From Macrostomum hystrix (Eukaryota; Animalia; Platyhelminthes), in the NCBI GenBank assembly GCA_950097015.1, contig CATNEN010000013.1, positions 248,001 to 312,000 on the forward strand: a stretch of DNA of 64,000 nucleotides, in the 5' to 3' direction. The notes beneath the pieces were generated by a model that searched no databases, had not been told where the DNA came from, and worked only from the letters and a program-made list of their open reading frames with translations. The translations under genes were made by a program, and so were the position numbers. Position 1 is the stretch's first letter; each line of letters opens with the position of its first letter. This document shows positions 12,599 to 26,494 of this stretch, one piece after another.

Positions 12599-12905
12599 GA
12601 AGAGGTTGTAGCCTAGTGGTTAGGGCGTCGGACTCACGACTTGAAGGTCGGGGGTTCGATTCCCGACTCCACTGGAACAATTTGCGTCCTTTAGCAAGAC
12701 ACTTAACTCTGCATTGCTTCAGTTCACCCAGCTGTTAAATGGGTACCAGCATCAGCTGGGATAATTGAAGGTGGGTGTGGTGTCCCCCCAGTCCATGGAC
12801 TGAACAGCTGTACGCAGCCTTCAGATGCGCCGCGCATTAGCTGCGGCTGTGCTGTCGGCTGCACATCTGACCCAATTGGGGCAGGTGTAATTAGTTAGTA
12901 ATTAG
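12599..12905 (+). mobile_element. tRNA-derived CORE-SINE
   Basis: A box TAGCCTAGTGG, B box GTTCGATTCC and CORE-like GCAAGACACTTAAC...CACCCAGCTGTTAAATGGGTACC. TAAT/TAGT tail. TSD TCTTTAAAAAG at 12588-98 and 12906-16. Confidence 0.85.
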
Positions 12906-13645
12906 TCTTTAAAAAGATTTAGCCCCCAATTTGTGCCTTTACACAACATTTTTGTGACCACAAAAAGCAATCCAACACATAAAAAACTAAATTTGGTTGA
13001 AAACTGATGGTGCAGATGAAAAGTAACATAGGGAAAAATCTGCATCGCTTTTTTGCACATTTTGAGTGGGATATCTTTATTATGCTTCATGGCTTACGAC
13101 ACTGAACTAGTGTCTAGGTGTCTTAATAGCTATAAAAATGTTGTCTGTGCAATACATTGACGCACAACTTGACAGTTAATGACTCTTTCTATGCGTAGAA
13201 ACCAGTTGTTTTTCATGTGACCCTAAGGTATGCACAACAATATCTTAAAAATTAAATTTAAATCTGACTTTTTGTTGTTATTCAACAGCAAATTATTGTC
13301 TCTTATACTGAAATGAAAAAAGCACTGCAAAACATTTATTTACTTGAATTTAGACTTTTCATATTAAGTTGGATCACATTCCTTTTTGTTTTACTACACT
13401 GCCATTCAAATTGAGATTGGCCCAATGCCTATAACTAACACATAAGCAGTCTATCGAAGTACCCTATAGGTCCTTGCTGTTGTATGCTTAAAGTGTACAG
13501 TATTAAAAGCTGTCATCCAGAGACAAAATAAACTGAGTGTATCCAAGCCATAAGCATCACCTTTTAGCCAGATGATTGCGGCAGTCATTATGCCAGATTC
13601 TATTGTATTAAAAGCAGATAATATTGTTCACTTCAGCAGCCAGAA

Positions 13646-16600
13646 ATGTCAGCTCGACAGAGACGCAAGCAACAGCAGCAGCCCCAGCAGCTGCAGTCGC
13701 ACGCACAGGGGTCACAGCAGAAAAAGCAGAAAGAACAGGCCCAAGAGCCGGCCTCTGACACCTCTAATGGCTTTTTCAGTTGGAGAATGAGCTTCGCGCT
13801 AACATGCCTAGTTGCTATTGCGGCTGGCTATCTCACTTATAGGATGAATACGCGAATGTGGGAAAATCACATACACTTCTCCCATCTGGCTACTATTGAG
13901 CGGGAAATGTTTCTAACTAGCGAGCTGGGCTTCTACTACAGCTTCTATAAGCAGGTTGTGGAAGCGCCGTCATTGTTTGAAGGCTTCCGCTTGTTGTTAA
14001 GCGATTCATTGTCCGAGTTTCCCGATACTATCAATGCTCTGCATAGATTCAATTTGTACCCAGAGCTGTGCATTGGCGCCATGTACAGGATTTATAACGC
14101 CCTGACCCTGTCGCTTGGCTGGCACACAAGAGACTGCTACAAGGTTGGTTTCGATACTTTCACTGTGTGTACTCTAGCGCGTGGACACGGAATGCAGTGT
14201 ACAGGCCTCGTCCTGGAGACACTACCGTCTGGAACACTCGCTTTCACTAATTTCTCATGATCCTTCAGTCTGTCCTTCAGGCTATCACTCCCTTTACCTG
14301 ATTCTTCAGGCTGTAACTCCCTTCACCTGATCCTTTATTCTGTTCATTAATCCCTTCACCTGATCCTTTATTCTGTTCATTAATCCCTTCACCTGATCCT
14401 TTATTCTGTTCATTAATCCCTTCACCTGATCCTTTATTCTGTTCATTAATCCCTTCACCTGATCCTTTATTCTGTTCATTAATCCCTTCACCTGATCCTT
14501 TATTCTGTTCATTAATCCCTTCACCTGATCCTTTATTCTGTTCATTAATCCCTTCACCTGATCCTTTATTCTGTTCATTAATCCCTTCACCTGATCCTTT
14601 ATTCTGTTCATTAATCCCTTCACCTGATCCTTTATTCTGTTCATTAATCCCTTCACCTGATCCTTTATTCTGTTCATTAATCCCTTCACCTGATCCTTTA
14701 TTCTGTTCATTAATCCCTTCACCTGATCCTTTATTCTGTTCATTAATCCCTTCACCTGATCCTTTATTCTGTTCATTAATCCCTTCACCTGATCCTTTAT
14801 TCTGTTCATTAATCCCTTCACCTGATCCTTTATTCTGTTCATTAATCCCTTCACCTGATCCTTTATTCTGTTCATTAATCCCTTCACCTGATCCTTTATT
14901 CTGTTCATTAATCCCTTCACCTGATCCTTCATGCTTATTCCAGGTGAATCGCGGCTCCGAGTTGCCACCTGTGGAAAGCTGCGAGGGTATTGGCGAACCA
15001 ATGTACTTCTATGTTGAAGTTGTCTACCTGCTAAGCGGCCTCACCGCTTCGGGTTTAGCGCTGCTGGCCAGCTTCGCTCGGCCGGAGGACCGGCCCTGCC
15101 CCCTGTCCGGCGTATTGGCTGCTGTTGGTTACCTTGGCAACCACCGAGAGTGCACCAGGGTGCAGTGGACTCCTACTCTGCGCGAGAGCTTCAGCTATCC
15201 GCTACTGGTGCTGCACCAGATCTGCCTGCTGGCTTACCTGAGGCGCAGCAGCGAAGACAAGCCCGGCATTGTCGGGCCTCTGCTCCTAGCCGTCTCCGCT
15301 CTGCTGTTCCTATTGCCCTGGCAATTTGCCCAGTTCGCATTGCTAGTGGAAGCCGGCGCTCTATTGTGCGCTCATGCGTTGGGCTACATTGGTCATAGGC
15401 GCACCCGGCTGGCTATGCTGGCCCTGCTATTGGCGCTGGCGCTGGCATTCGCTATGCAGTTCGGCAATGTCATGCTGATTAGTAGCCTGCTGTGCTCCGC
15501 ACTGCTGACTGCCCTGCCGTTATTGCAGCTGCACTCACTGCTCAGCCGACTGGCTCCTATGTGCATCGCCGCCCCTGCACTGCCAGTGCTCTGGCTCTGC
15601 TGCACCCTTCTAGCCAAAGCTGGCTTGGCTTGGCTGCTTAACGCCGAACAGGTGAGTCAGATTTCAGTGTGTTTTGCAGCGCCCGAATGCTAGCAGCATG
15701 GGTGGTGATCAGTGAAATAGGAGAAATTCGCGTCAGTGAGTCCATTGTGGGCCTAGTTCCACCTGTTGCAGCCCTTGAAGGTCCAGCAGTCCGTCTATCT
15801 AGATAAAGTTAGGTGACCACCGAAGACGGAGATGATGCAGGCACATTCGGGTTACTTGCTGATAAATTTTGAAGGCCGCACTGAGGCGCAGTGCAAATTT
15901 GTGTATAGGGGTGTATGAAATATACTAGCGCTTATGGGAAAAATCAGACCTTCGCCAGAACCATTGAATATCTCGACGGTCTGAAGAGCGGGCGACTTGA
16001 TTCTTGTTTCAGAAGATGCGCCACAGAAATTTATTGATTTTCGTGTGCTTGCGTTGCTCCTTTCGGGTAGAGCAAAAAATTGTCTTCTTCTTTAATAGGT
16101 GCAAGAAAAACCTCCCTTAGTAGTTCTACTGTTAAGAAATAAATCTAAACTTCATGCAAACCTTAATCTGCCCTAAATCACACACACCAGACACAACATC
16201 AATGATAGTCGTGTGTAAAACTTTCATTTGTAAACAGTCAACACCAAGCCACCTTTCCACCAATTATGGGTGATTCAGGTTTTACCCTTTACCCGTAAAC
16301 ATATTTTCCCAGGACAGCCACATATGGGACATACTGCTCAGCAAGTTAAGCGCCGGTCGCACCTTTCACTCTATGATGTACACCTGCGCCAGAGAGTTCG
16401 ACTTCTACGATGCGCAATCTCTATGGGAATTAACTAAAACCCTGGCACTGCCAGCCGGCCTAGTGACCCTAGCCTACGTGTGCTATCGGGTGGCTGCGCT
16501 CATCTTCTGCCGCAGTCGGCAGTACAGGGCCAGGCTAGTTCAAGGCCGGCCGGAGCCGCCAGTATGCGTGCCAGTTGAATCGCCCGGTGTTGACGCAGCC

Positions 16601-18145
16601 AGCCTCACTATGGCCTGCCAATTGTTAGGCTTCGGCCTACTAGCCGGCCTAATTATGCGATTAAAGCTATTCTTTACACCTCTACTAGTAATGCACGGGG
16701 CTGCTCTGCCATTGCCGCGGTCTAGCCGATTTCGCCTACCAGTGCTGCTGCTGCTGCTGTTCGCCTCTGGCTGGCAGGGCAGCTCCAATTATGCCGCCGA
16801 GATGAGCATCAGCGGCGAGTACTCAGATTGGGACACTGAGCAGTTAATGTATTGGATTCAAAAATCTACTCAGCCTCGCGAGTCATTTGCTGGTACCATG
16901 GTTGTAACTTCTACTGTGCGCCTCATAACCAATAGGCCAATTGTGAATCATCCGCATTACGAGGACGCGGGAATGCGAGCTCGCACTAAACAGGTTTGCT
17001 TTTCACCCTTCTTGGATAATCCTTGGTAGCAGGGGTGGATAATCCTTGGTAGCAGGGGTGGATAATCCTTGGTAGCAGGGGTGGATAATCCTTGGTAGCA
17101 GTGGTGGATAATCCTTGGTAGCAGTGCTGGATAATCCTTGGTAGCAGTGGTGGATAATCCTTGGTAGCAGTGGTGGATAATCCTTGGTAGCAGTGCTGGA
17201 TAATCCTTGGTAGCAGTGGTGGATAATCCTTGGTAGCAGTGGTGGATAATCCTTGGTAGCAGTGCTGGATAATCCTTGGTAGCAGTGGTGGATAAACCAT
17301 GGTAGAAGTGGTGGATAAACCTTGTTAGCAGTGGTGGATAAACCATGGTAGCAGTGCTAGATAATCCTTGGTAGCAGTGCTGGTTAATCCTTGTTAGCAG
17401 TGGTGGATAATCCTTGGTAGCAGTGGTGGATAAACCTTAATAGCAGTGCTGGATAAACCTTGGTAGCAGTGCTGGATAATCCTTGGTAGCAGTGGTGGAT
17501 AAACCATGGTAGAAGTGGTGGATAAACCTTGTTAGCAGTGGTGGATAAACCATGGTAGCAGTGCTGGATAATCCTTGGTAGCAGTGCTGGATAATCCTTG
17601 TTAGCAGTGCTGGATAAACCTTGGTAGCAGTGCTGGATAATCCTTGGTAGCAGTGGTGGATAAACCATGGTAGAAGTGGTGGATAAACCTTGTTAGCAGT
17701 GGTGGATAAACCTTAATAGCAGTGCTGGATAAACCTTGGTAGCAGTGCTGGATAATCCTTGGTTGCAATGGTGCATAATCTCGGTGGCAGTGATAAGCTG
17801 TTGTAAAACTGTAATTTATCAGTAAACTTATTGTGATATTGGTTAAACCAATTTCAAACCTGAACTGTACAATTTCATCAGGTGTACAGCATGTACAGTC
17901 ACATATCCGTGACGGACTGGGTCCGCATAGCCAGGTCTCTGAGCGTCAACTATACGCTGCTAGTGAAAGGCTTCTGCCGCCGTGGTCACTGCTCCATGCC
18001 GAATGCATTCGAACTGACCGAGGGCCAGAGTGCGGACTCGCCTGTACTCTGCGAACTCATGGCCAGCCGACCTGATCAGCTGCGGCCACACCTGGTTAGA
18101 GTGTTCGATAATCCGAAGTATAGTGTGTTTAGGATTCAATACTAG
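13646..18145 (+). CDS. DPY19L: DPY19-like C-mannosyltransferase; exons 13646-14143, 14944-15651, 16313-16993, 17882-18145 (716 aa)
   Basis: Motifs EREMFLTSELGFYYSFYK, NALHRFNLYPE, ESCEGIGEPMYFY, TRVQWTPTLRESFSYP, LPWQFAQF, DSHIWD, YTCAREFDF and IVNHPHYED. All introns GT-AG, phase 0. Confidence 0.93.
14318..14929. repeat. 33-bp near-perfect tandem array (TCCCTTCACCTGATCCTTTATTCTGTTCATTAA) x~18.5 in DPY19L intron 1
   Basis: Read directly. Ends about 13 nt before the acceptor AG. Confidence 0.97.
17014..17790. repeat. 23-bp tandem array (GGATAATCCTTGGTAGCAGTGGT variants) in DPY19L intron 3
   Basis: Read directly. Starts about 20 nt after the donor. Confidence 0.95.
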
Positions 18146-19059
18146 GCTGTGATTGCCTACTTACTATATAGTAGGAAATTCGTAAACAACGTGGCAACTG
18201 TTGTTCAAAGAAGTTTCTAATATTTGCCTTTGTTAGTTGAAAGAAGCTAATTAACAATCATGTACTGTTTGTCTGAATGTATTCTTTAATTTTGACTTAT
18301 ATTAGTCACATATATACGAGTCTCGTATATATCACATATATATTAGTCTCGTATATAACTGGGATTTAGTGGCTACAATTATTATAATTTGTCACAACCG
18401 GCACCATTAACAGCGAAGCTAAGCTTAATAAGCAATATGCTTATCGATATTCATCGACCAGCGAGATTTATTGTCGTTTTCACAATTTCTTGAGTTATTT
18501 TTTCTATTTTATTTCTTTGCATACTACTCATAGCCAGTAGCTTATCTTTTATAATTATCTCAGCTTTAATTCTTCACAGTTTTCTTCAGCATTTATATCG
18601 GCAGTCGGTTTTAATGCTTAATTAGATGGAATGCAACCTAGAAACTTCCCATCGGCCAAAGATTATCTAAAATACTGTCGCATGTTCATCAATATTCACT
18701 GTGTAAATTGTACGAGTATTGCATTAGAATTTGGTAAATTGTTATTGGTATTTGATACACGTTATAAGCCTTTCCCTGTAATCTTTTTGTTTTGTCTTTT
18801 CATTTACGGGTTGGTCGATTCTTGGTTTGAAATCCGCCTCACTGCCTTTTTCTGGGATATGTTTGTAAACTCATTTGTTGTTATATTTATTAAATCTCTG
18901 TTTATTGGAGTTGTGTTCAGTAAAACTAAATAAACTAGCCCGTGTTTAGTTCTTTTATTATTTACTCGGCCTAATGAAGCGTGTCTTCTTTTCAGATTGA
19001 CTAAAAACTATGTAAGGCCTGGCATACGAGGGTCACTGATAAAGCAGCAAGAAATATAA

Positions 19060-21050
19060 TACCGTGGAGAGATGAGACATAGGAGAGATGAGACATAGGA
19101 GAGATGAGACAGGAGAGATGAGACATAGAAGAGATGAGACAGGAGAGAGATGAGGCATAAGAGAGATGAGACATAGGAGAGATGAGACATAGGAGAGATG
19201 AGACATAGGAGAGATGGGACAGAGGAGAGATGAGGCATAAGAGAGATAAGACACGGGAGAGATGAGACATAGGAGAGATGAAACACGGGAGAGATGAGAC
19301 AGAGAAGAGATGAGACATAGGAGAGATGAGACAGGAGAGATGAAACACGGGAGAGATGAGACAGGAGAGATAAGACAGGAGAGATGAGGCATAAGAGAGA
19401 TGAGACAGGAGAGATGACACACGGGAGAGATGAGACATAGGAGAGATGAGACAGAGGAGAGATGAGACATAGGAGAGATGAGACATAGAAGAGATGAGAC
19501 AAGAGAGATGAGACATAGAAGAGATGAGACATAGGAGAGATGAGACAGGAGAGATGAGACATAGGAGAGATGGGACAGAGGAGAGATGAGGCATGAGAGA
19601 GATAAGACACGGGAGAGATGAGACATAGGAGAGATGAAACACGGGAGAGATGAGACAGAGAAGAGATGAGACATAGGAGAGATGAGACAGGAGAGATGAA
19701 ACACGGGAGAGATGAGACAGGAGAGATAAGACAGGAGAGATGAGGCATAAGAGAGATGAGACAGGAGAGATGACACACGGGAGAGATGAGACATAGGAGA
19801 GATGAGACAGAGGAGAGATGAGACATAGGAGAGATGAGACATAGAAGAGATGAGACAGGAGAGATGAGACATAGAAGAGATGAGACATAGGAGAGATGAG
19901 ACATAGGAGAGATGGGACAGAGGAGAGATGAGGCATGAGAGAGATAAGACACGGGAGAGATGAGACATAGGAGAGATGAAACACGGGAGAGATGAGACAG
20001 AGAAGAGATGAGACATAGGAGAGATGAGACAGGAGAGATGAAACACGGGAGAGATGAGACAGGAGAGATGAGACAGGAGAGATGACACACGGGAGAGATG
20101 AGACATAGGAGAGATGAGACAGAGGAGAGATGAGACAGGAGAGATGAGACAGGAGAGATGAGGCATAAGAGAGATGAGACAGGAGAGATGAAACACGGGA
20201 GAGATGAGACAGGAGAGATGTGACAGGGGAGAGATGAGACAGGAGAGATGAGACAGGAGAGATGTGACAGGGGAGAGATGAGACAGGAGAGATGAGACAG
20301 GAGAGATGAGACAGGAGAGATGAGACATAGGAGAGATGAGACAGGAGAGTTGAGGCATAAGAGAGATGAGACACGGGAGAGATGAGACATAGGAGACATA
20401 AGACATAGGAGAGATGAGACAGGAGAGATGAGACAGGAGAGATGAAACACGGGAGAGATAAGACATAGGAGAGATGAGACATAGGAGAGATGAGACAGGA
20501 GAGATGAGGCATAAGAGAGATGAGACAGGAGAGATGAGACAGGAGAGATGAGGCATAAGAGAGATGAGACAGGAGAGATGAGACACGGGAGAGATGAGAC
20601 ATAGGAGAGATGAGACAGGAGAGTTGAGGCATAAGAGAGATGAGACATAGGAGAGATAAGACATAGGAGAGATGAGACATAGGAGAGATGAGACAGGAGA
20701 GATGAGGCATAAGAGAGATGAGACAGGAGAGATGAGACACGGGAGAGATGAGACATAGGAGAGATGAGACAGGAGAGTTGAGGCATAAGAGAGATGAGAC
20801 ACGGGAGAGGTGATACATAGGAGAGATGAGCCGTAGGAGAGTTGAGACAGTGAGAGAAGACAAGGAGACATAAAACAAAGCGATATGAGACAAGAAGGAA
20901 AGATAACACAAAGACTGATGAGTTAGCGAGAGATGAAACAAAGAGATATAAGACAAACAGAGATGAGACAGTGGAAAGATGACACAGCCACAGGGGAGAG
21001 ATGAGGCAATAGAGAGTGAAGACGTGCGAAAGACACTAGATTGAGACACA
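19060..21050. repeat. GA-rich satellite of 14-16-bp units (GAGAGATGAGACA[TA]G) between DPY19L and TLK
   Basis: Read directly. Same family at ~29410-29600 and ~40975-41660. Confidence 0.95.
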
Positions 21051-21156
21051 CAAGACAGTAGTACAATCAGGCCTCTAGCGGCAAAGTTATTTCAAGCAGT
21101 CGCTAGCCGTTAAGCCATGAGCACGCATTTCGCACCTTCCACTTCAGGCTCTGCGC

Positions 21157-24100
21157 ATGGACGCGCGGAAACAGGAGCTTCTAGAAGCCCGTTTCCAAGG
21201 ACCCAGCTTCGGCGGCAGCGGCAGCAGCGTCGATGGCAACGTAGCGCCCTCGGTGTCGGGCGCCGCCTCCGCTCCAGTCCACGCCCAGACTGGCGGCGGC
21301 ATCTCGCAGTCTTCGTCCTGCGGCCAGTCGGCTCACGTACTGGATGTTGGCTCCAATGCCAGCAGCTTCATCGATTTCTCATCGGCCAGTTTCATTAGAG
21401 AGGCCGCCAATGGCGGAGCCGGTGGGCCAGGCAATCACACCGTTGCCTCGATTGTCACTGTCGGCGATACAATCGGGACTCCAGTCAGCCAGGAACCGCC
21501 AGAAATCAGACAGGACGGCTTCGGACAGGTAGGAAAATCAATGCTCATACTCTGACTATATGGAATCTGTACAGATCTGTACAAAAATATCATTTCTTAG
21601 CTTGAGTCAATTTAGCTCGATCTGTCCACATTCATTTAAGGCGCAGCAGCGATCAGAAATATTTGGGGTTGGTCAGAAAAATTTATGCATAAAATTACCC
21701 AAAGCCTGAGGATGGGCCATTTCAGCCCTCCTACAATCAGCCAAATGGCTGCAAAAATGCATTCTTGAGTAAAAAATCATTTTTACAGGCTTCCGCAGCG
21801 TTGGCCGCAGGCGCAGCAGCAGCAGCAGCCGCCACGACAACAGCCGCTTCGCTCGCGAGTCGTCCTCTTGTCACCGCTTCACCGGCTGCCCCAAAGACGC
21901 CGAGAAAGCGTCGAGCTGGCCCAGCGACGCCCGGCGATGAGGCGGCACTGCCTGCGCCTCCGCCGCTGCCGCAGTCGCAGTCGCAGCCGAAAACGCCAAG
22001 CGCCTCGTCGTCGGCTGGAATTCGAAATCGCACGCTACCCCAGCAGCAGCTGCCGGCAGCTCCGCCCTGCAGCCTGCCCCTGCAGCCGGCAGCTTGCGCA
22101 TCAGCAGGCCTAAGCTTTGTACTGTCCGACGACAGCTGCAGCAGTCGGAGCAGCGATGGCGCGGCTGTCAGTTCGTCAGCAGGCCGACGTGCAGCCGGTC
22201 GTCAGCGCAAGCGCCAGCAGCAGCAGCAGTCGAACATTGCAGAAATAATGAAGCCCAAGCTGTCTCCAGTGAAGGAGCTGCTGGGTAGCCCGGAGGTATT
22301 CGACGCCAAGACTGAGCTGGCCAGTATGGCAAAAGTTCGCGAAGATCTAGCCCACACCGTGGCCAGCCAGCAGAAGGCCATCGAGTCGCTGAGAGAGTGC
22401 CAGGAGCGCAGCCGCGAAACCATTCGCTGCCTACTGACCGAAAAGTCGTGCGCCGAGAAGCGCGAGGCCCGCAATCGCTGCCAGGCCAACAGGCTGCGCC
22501 TTGGCCAGTTTCATAGCATCCGACGGGGCACCGAGCTTGAAGAGAAATGGTTTGACGGTTGGGCCTTTCTAGACGCCCACAGGCGGCGGCATTTCATTGA
22601 GCAGGAGAAGGAGCGGATTGAGAAGGAGCGAAAGCAGTGGATTAAGCGCAAACCGGTTGCTGCTGGCGGCGCCGCCAAGGCCGCCGGCGGACGGAAACTT
22701 CTTGCCGCCACGGCAGCCTCTTCGCCCGCCGGGCCTGCCGCAGTCGCAGTCGCCGCCACGTCCGCGGCCGCCTCATCGGCATCCGAACTAGACGCTGACG
22801 AATTCTTTATCCAACTAGAGGTGTATGATATTCAACGCCAGATGCTAATTAAAGACGAGAAAGATTTGCGAGACGAAACTGAGAGGCTGGACAGGGAGCG
22901 AAATGTACATATCAGGGAGATGAAGCGCATACAGAATGAAGAATCCAGCAGATTTCAGGGCAACATTGAGCTGCACAATCGCTACCTGCTGTTGTCACTG
23001 CTGGGTAGGGGCGGCTTCTCCGAGGTAAGGGGCTGCTAATTTATTCGGGCATACTTCAAGTTGGACCATTTAAAAATTTGATGTAAAACTAAGCAGTTTT
23101 ACTCAGGATGCGTACCGATTCCTTCAGACCTTTGGAGTGCAATTATAGATAGCTGTAGATGATACTAAAATATACCTTAGAATACACCTATAGGTGTATT
23201 AGCCCTATATCTAAATACTTCCGGTTGCACCTATATAACTCTCAGGTTACTCTAATAAATACACTCAGGTACTCAAATAGATACCCTCAGGTTTCACTGA
23301 TAGATACCCTCAGGTTACTCAAATAGATACCTTTAGATTACTCTAATAGATCAGGTTACCCCTAAGTCTCTCTGCTTTTCTTCCAATCCAAAACGCAGGT
23401 GCACAAAGCCTACGACCTGACCGAGCACCGCTTTGTAGCCTGCAAAATTCACCAGCTAAACGCGTCGTGGCCAAAGGAGAAGAAAGACAATTATATCAGG
23501 CACGCTGTGCGAGAGATTGAAATACACAAGACTCTGCACCATCCCCGCATTGTTGAAGTCTATGACGTATTTGACATTGACTGCGACTGCTTCTGCACCG
23601 TGTTGGAATACTCCAAAGGCTGCGATTTGGACTTCTATTTGAAGCAGAACAAGAGCCTGCCGGAGCGCGAGGCCAGGAACGTCATCTGCCAGGTGGTGAG
23701 CGCGCTGAAGTACCTCAACCAGCGAAAGCCGCCAGTCATTCACTACGATTTGAAGCCGGGCAATATCCTACTGGGCGAGGGCGACTCTATCGCCGCTATT
23801 AAGCTCACCGATTTCGGCTTGAGCAAGATTATGACCGAGGATAAGTTCCAGGTGAGAAAGGTCTGGGGAACTTCGCATCCCCAAATTTACTATTTATATC
23901 ACAGCTGGACATTTCTGTACACAATAACTGTACAGTAGCAGCTGTACAATTCTGTATATAACAGCTGTACAACCATGTAAATAACAGCTGTAAATCATGT
24001 ATTTAGCAACTGTACAATAATGTATATAACAGCTGTACAATCCTATATAAATAACAGCTGTACAATCATGTATATAACAGCTATACAATCATGTATATAA

Positions 24101-25717
24101 GAGCTGTACAATCATGTATATAAGAGCTATACAATAATGTATATAACAGCTGTACAATCATGTATATAAGAGCTGTACAATCATGTATATAAGAGCTGTA
24201 CAATCATGTATATAACAGCTGTACAATCATGTATATAAGAGCTGTACAATCATGTATATAAGAGCTGTACAATCATGTATATAAGAGCTATACAATCATG
24301 TATATAAGAGCTGTACAATCATGTATATAACAGCTGTACAATCATGTATATAACAGCTGTACAATAATGTATATAACAGCTGTACAATCATGTATATAAC
24401 AGCTATACAATAATGTATATAACAGCTATACAATAATGTATATAACAGCTGTACAATCATGTATATAAGAGCTGTACAATCATGTATATAAGAGCTGTAC
24501 AATCATGTATATAACAGCTGTACAATCATGTATATAACAGCTGTACAATCATGTATATAACAGCTATACAATAATGTATATAACAGCTGTACAATCATGT
24601 ATATAAGAGCTGTACAATCATGTATATAACAGCTATACAATCATGTATATAACAGCTGTACAATCATGTATATAACAGCTATACAATCATGTATATAGCA
24701 GCTGTACAATCATGTATATAACAGCTGTACAATCATGTATATAACAGCTATACAATAATGTATATAACAGCTGTACAATCATGTATATAAGAGCTGTACA
24801 ATCATGTATATAACAGCTATACAATCATGTATATAACAGCTGTACAATCATGTATATAACAGCTATACAATCATGTATATAGCAGCTGTACAATCATGTA
24901 TATAACAGCTGTACAATCATGTATATAACAGCTGTACAATTATGTATATAACAGCTGTATAATCATGTATATTACAGCTGTACAATCCTTCTACACGATT
25001 GTCCATGTACTGGAGGGCGCCACACCCACCCAAATTTCTACCCCAGCATTAGCTGGTGCTTCTGGTGTCTAGTGCTCCGAACTGGGTTTCGAACTCCCGA
25101 CCTCTCGGTCAGAAGTTTTAAGCTTTAACGACTGGGCTATACTCGTACAAGCTCGTTGGACTAAATGTACAAGTGTGTGCAATAAGCCTGTTCTGTTCGG
25201 TAATTGCAGCAAAAGGTTTTAGCCAAGTCAATAATCCACAAGCAGCTGTTCTCTAACCGCTGCTTCTTTGCCACTGCAGGCTGACACCGGCATGGACCTC
25301 ACCAGTCCTGGCGCTGGCACCTACTGGTACCTGCCGCCAGAGTGCTTCGAGACCGGCTCCGAGAATGTGCCAAAAATATCCAGCAAAGTGGACGTGTGGA
25401 GTGTCGGCGTCATTCTCTACCAGTGCCTGTACGGCCAGAAGCCGTTCGGCAACAACATGAGCCAGGCTGATGTACTGCGCAACCACACGATTCTGCTGCA
25501 CGCCCGCCGGGTCGAATTTCCCCAGTCGACGCCTAGCAACTGTCGGGTCTCCGAGCAGGCCAAGAATTTCATACGGCGCTGCGTGACGCACGACAAGCAC
25601 CTGAGGCCGGATGTGCTTCAACTGGCCGAGGATGAGTATCTGAAGTCTAAGGCCCAGGTGAAATTTGACACCTCCACTGCGGCATCCTCGCCTGTCACTC
25701 AACAGCCGATCGCTTAG
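21157..25717 (+). CDS. TLK: Tousled-like kinase; exons 21157-21528, 21789-23024, 23399-23851, 25280-25717
   Basis: N-terminal [13 protein letters not shown], coiled coil with RLRLGQF, and [15 protein letters not shown]|[39 protein letters not shown] and KPFGNN. All introns GT-AG, phase 0. Confidence 0.95.
23230..23365. repeat. Degenerate ~23-bp array (ATACCCTCAGGTTACTCAAATAG-like) in TLK intron 2
   Basis: About 5 diverged copies, preceded by the perfect palindrome AATACACCTATAGGTGTATT (23181-23200). Confidence 0.7.
23930..24990. repeat. 23-bp tandem array (AACAGCTGTACAATCATGTATAT) in TLK intron 3
   Basis: Read directly. Confidence 0.96.
24995..25146 (-). mobile_element. Truncated tRNA-derived SINE related to the 12599 copy
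   Basis: Minus strand has TAGCCCAGTCG (A-box-like) and GGAGTTCGAAACC (B box). Shares GGGTGTGG...CCAGT.CATGGAC with the 3' part of the 12599 SINE. Confidence 0.6.
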
Positions 25718-25864
25718 ATAACTGATTGTTTAGTTCGTACTCGATTTTATCTATATTAATCTGACGGCCCTTACAACCCTGACCATTTTATAGAATGTAT
25801 ACTTGTCGCCTGAGTCTCTGAAATTTCTATTCCTACATCACTCAAAAATATTGTCCTGAATAGT

Positions 25865-26494
25865 AACCCTAGCAATACCTTCAGGCTAGCCCTAGCAATA
25901 CCTTCAGGCTAACCCTAGCAATACCTTCAGGCTAGCCCTAGCAATACCTTCAGGCTAGCCCTAGCAATACCTTCAGGCTAACCCTAGCAATACCTTCAGG
26001 CTAGCCCTAGCAATACCTTCAGGCTAACCCTAGCAATACCTTCAGGCTAACCCTAGCAATACCTTCAGGCTAGCCCTAGCAATACCTTCAGGCTAGCCCT
26101 AGCAATACCTTCAGGCTAACCCTAGCAATACCTTCAGGCTAGCCCTAGCAATACCTTCAGGCTAGCCCTAGCAATACCTTCAGGCTAGCCCTAGCAATAC
26201 CTTCAGGCTAGCCCTAGCAATACCTTCAGGCTAACCCTAGCAATACCTTCAGGCTAGCCCTAGCAATACCTTAAGGCTAGCCCTAGCAATACCTTCAGGC
26301 TAGCCCTAGCAATACCTTCAGGCTAGCCCTAGCAATACCTTAAGGCTAGCCCTAGCAATACCTTCAGGCTAACCCTAGCAATACCTTCAGGCTAGCCCTA
26401 GCAATACCTTAAGGCTAGCCCTAGCAATACCTTCAGGCTAGCCCTAGCAATACCTTCAGGCTAGCCCTAGCAATACCTTCAGGCTAGCCCTAGC
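25865..26494. repeat. 23-bp tandem array (CCCTAGCAATACCTTCAGGCTA[G/A]) x~27 downstream of TLK
   Basis: Read directly. Confidence 0.97.

Noticed and set aside
12599-12675. tRNA-like sequence (also 25080-25146, 53870-53945, 53959-54025, 60855-60930)
   Set aside because: Each continues into a SINE body, most with tails and TSDs. No complete cloverleaf acceptor stem could be verified.
14306-15001. 11-residue amphipathic-looking repeat ORF (KDQVKGLMNRI)n
   Set aside because: Antisense reading of the 33-bp intronic array of DPY19L. It starts at a non-ATG codon and overlaps a real exon.
19001-21049. Three 600+ aa Ser/Leu/His-rich ORFs on the minus strand (also 40684-41667 and 51097-52239)
   Set aside because: Artefacts of stop-free GA/CT satellites, with no non-repetitive domain.
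25865-26494. Telomere-like (CCCTAA) signal
   Set aside because: The unit is 23 bp with a single AACCCT/GCCCT element, not a hexamer telomeric tract.
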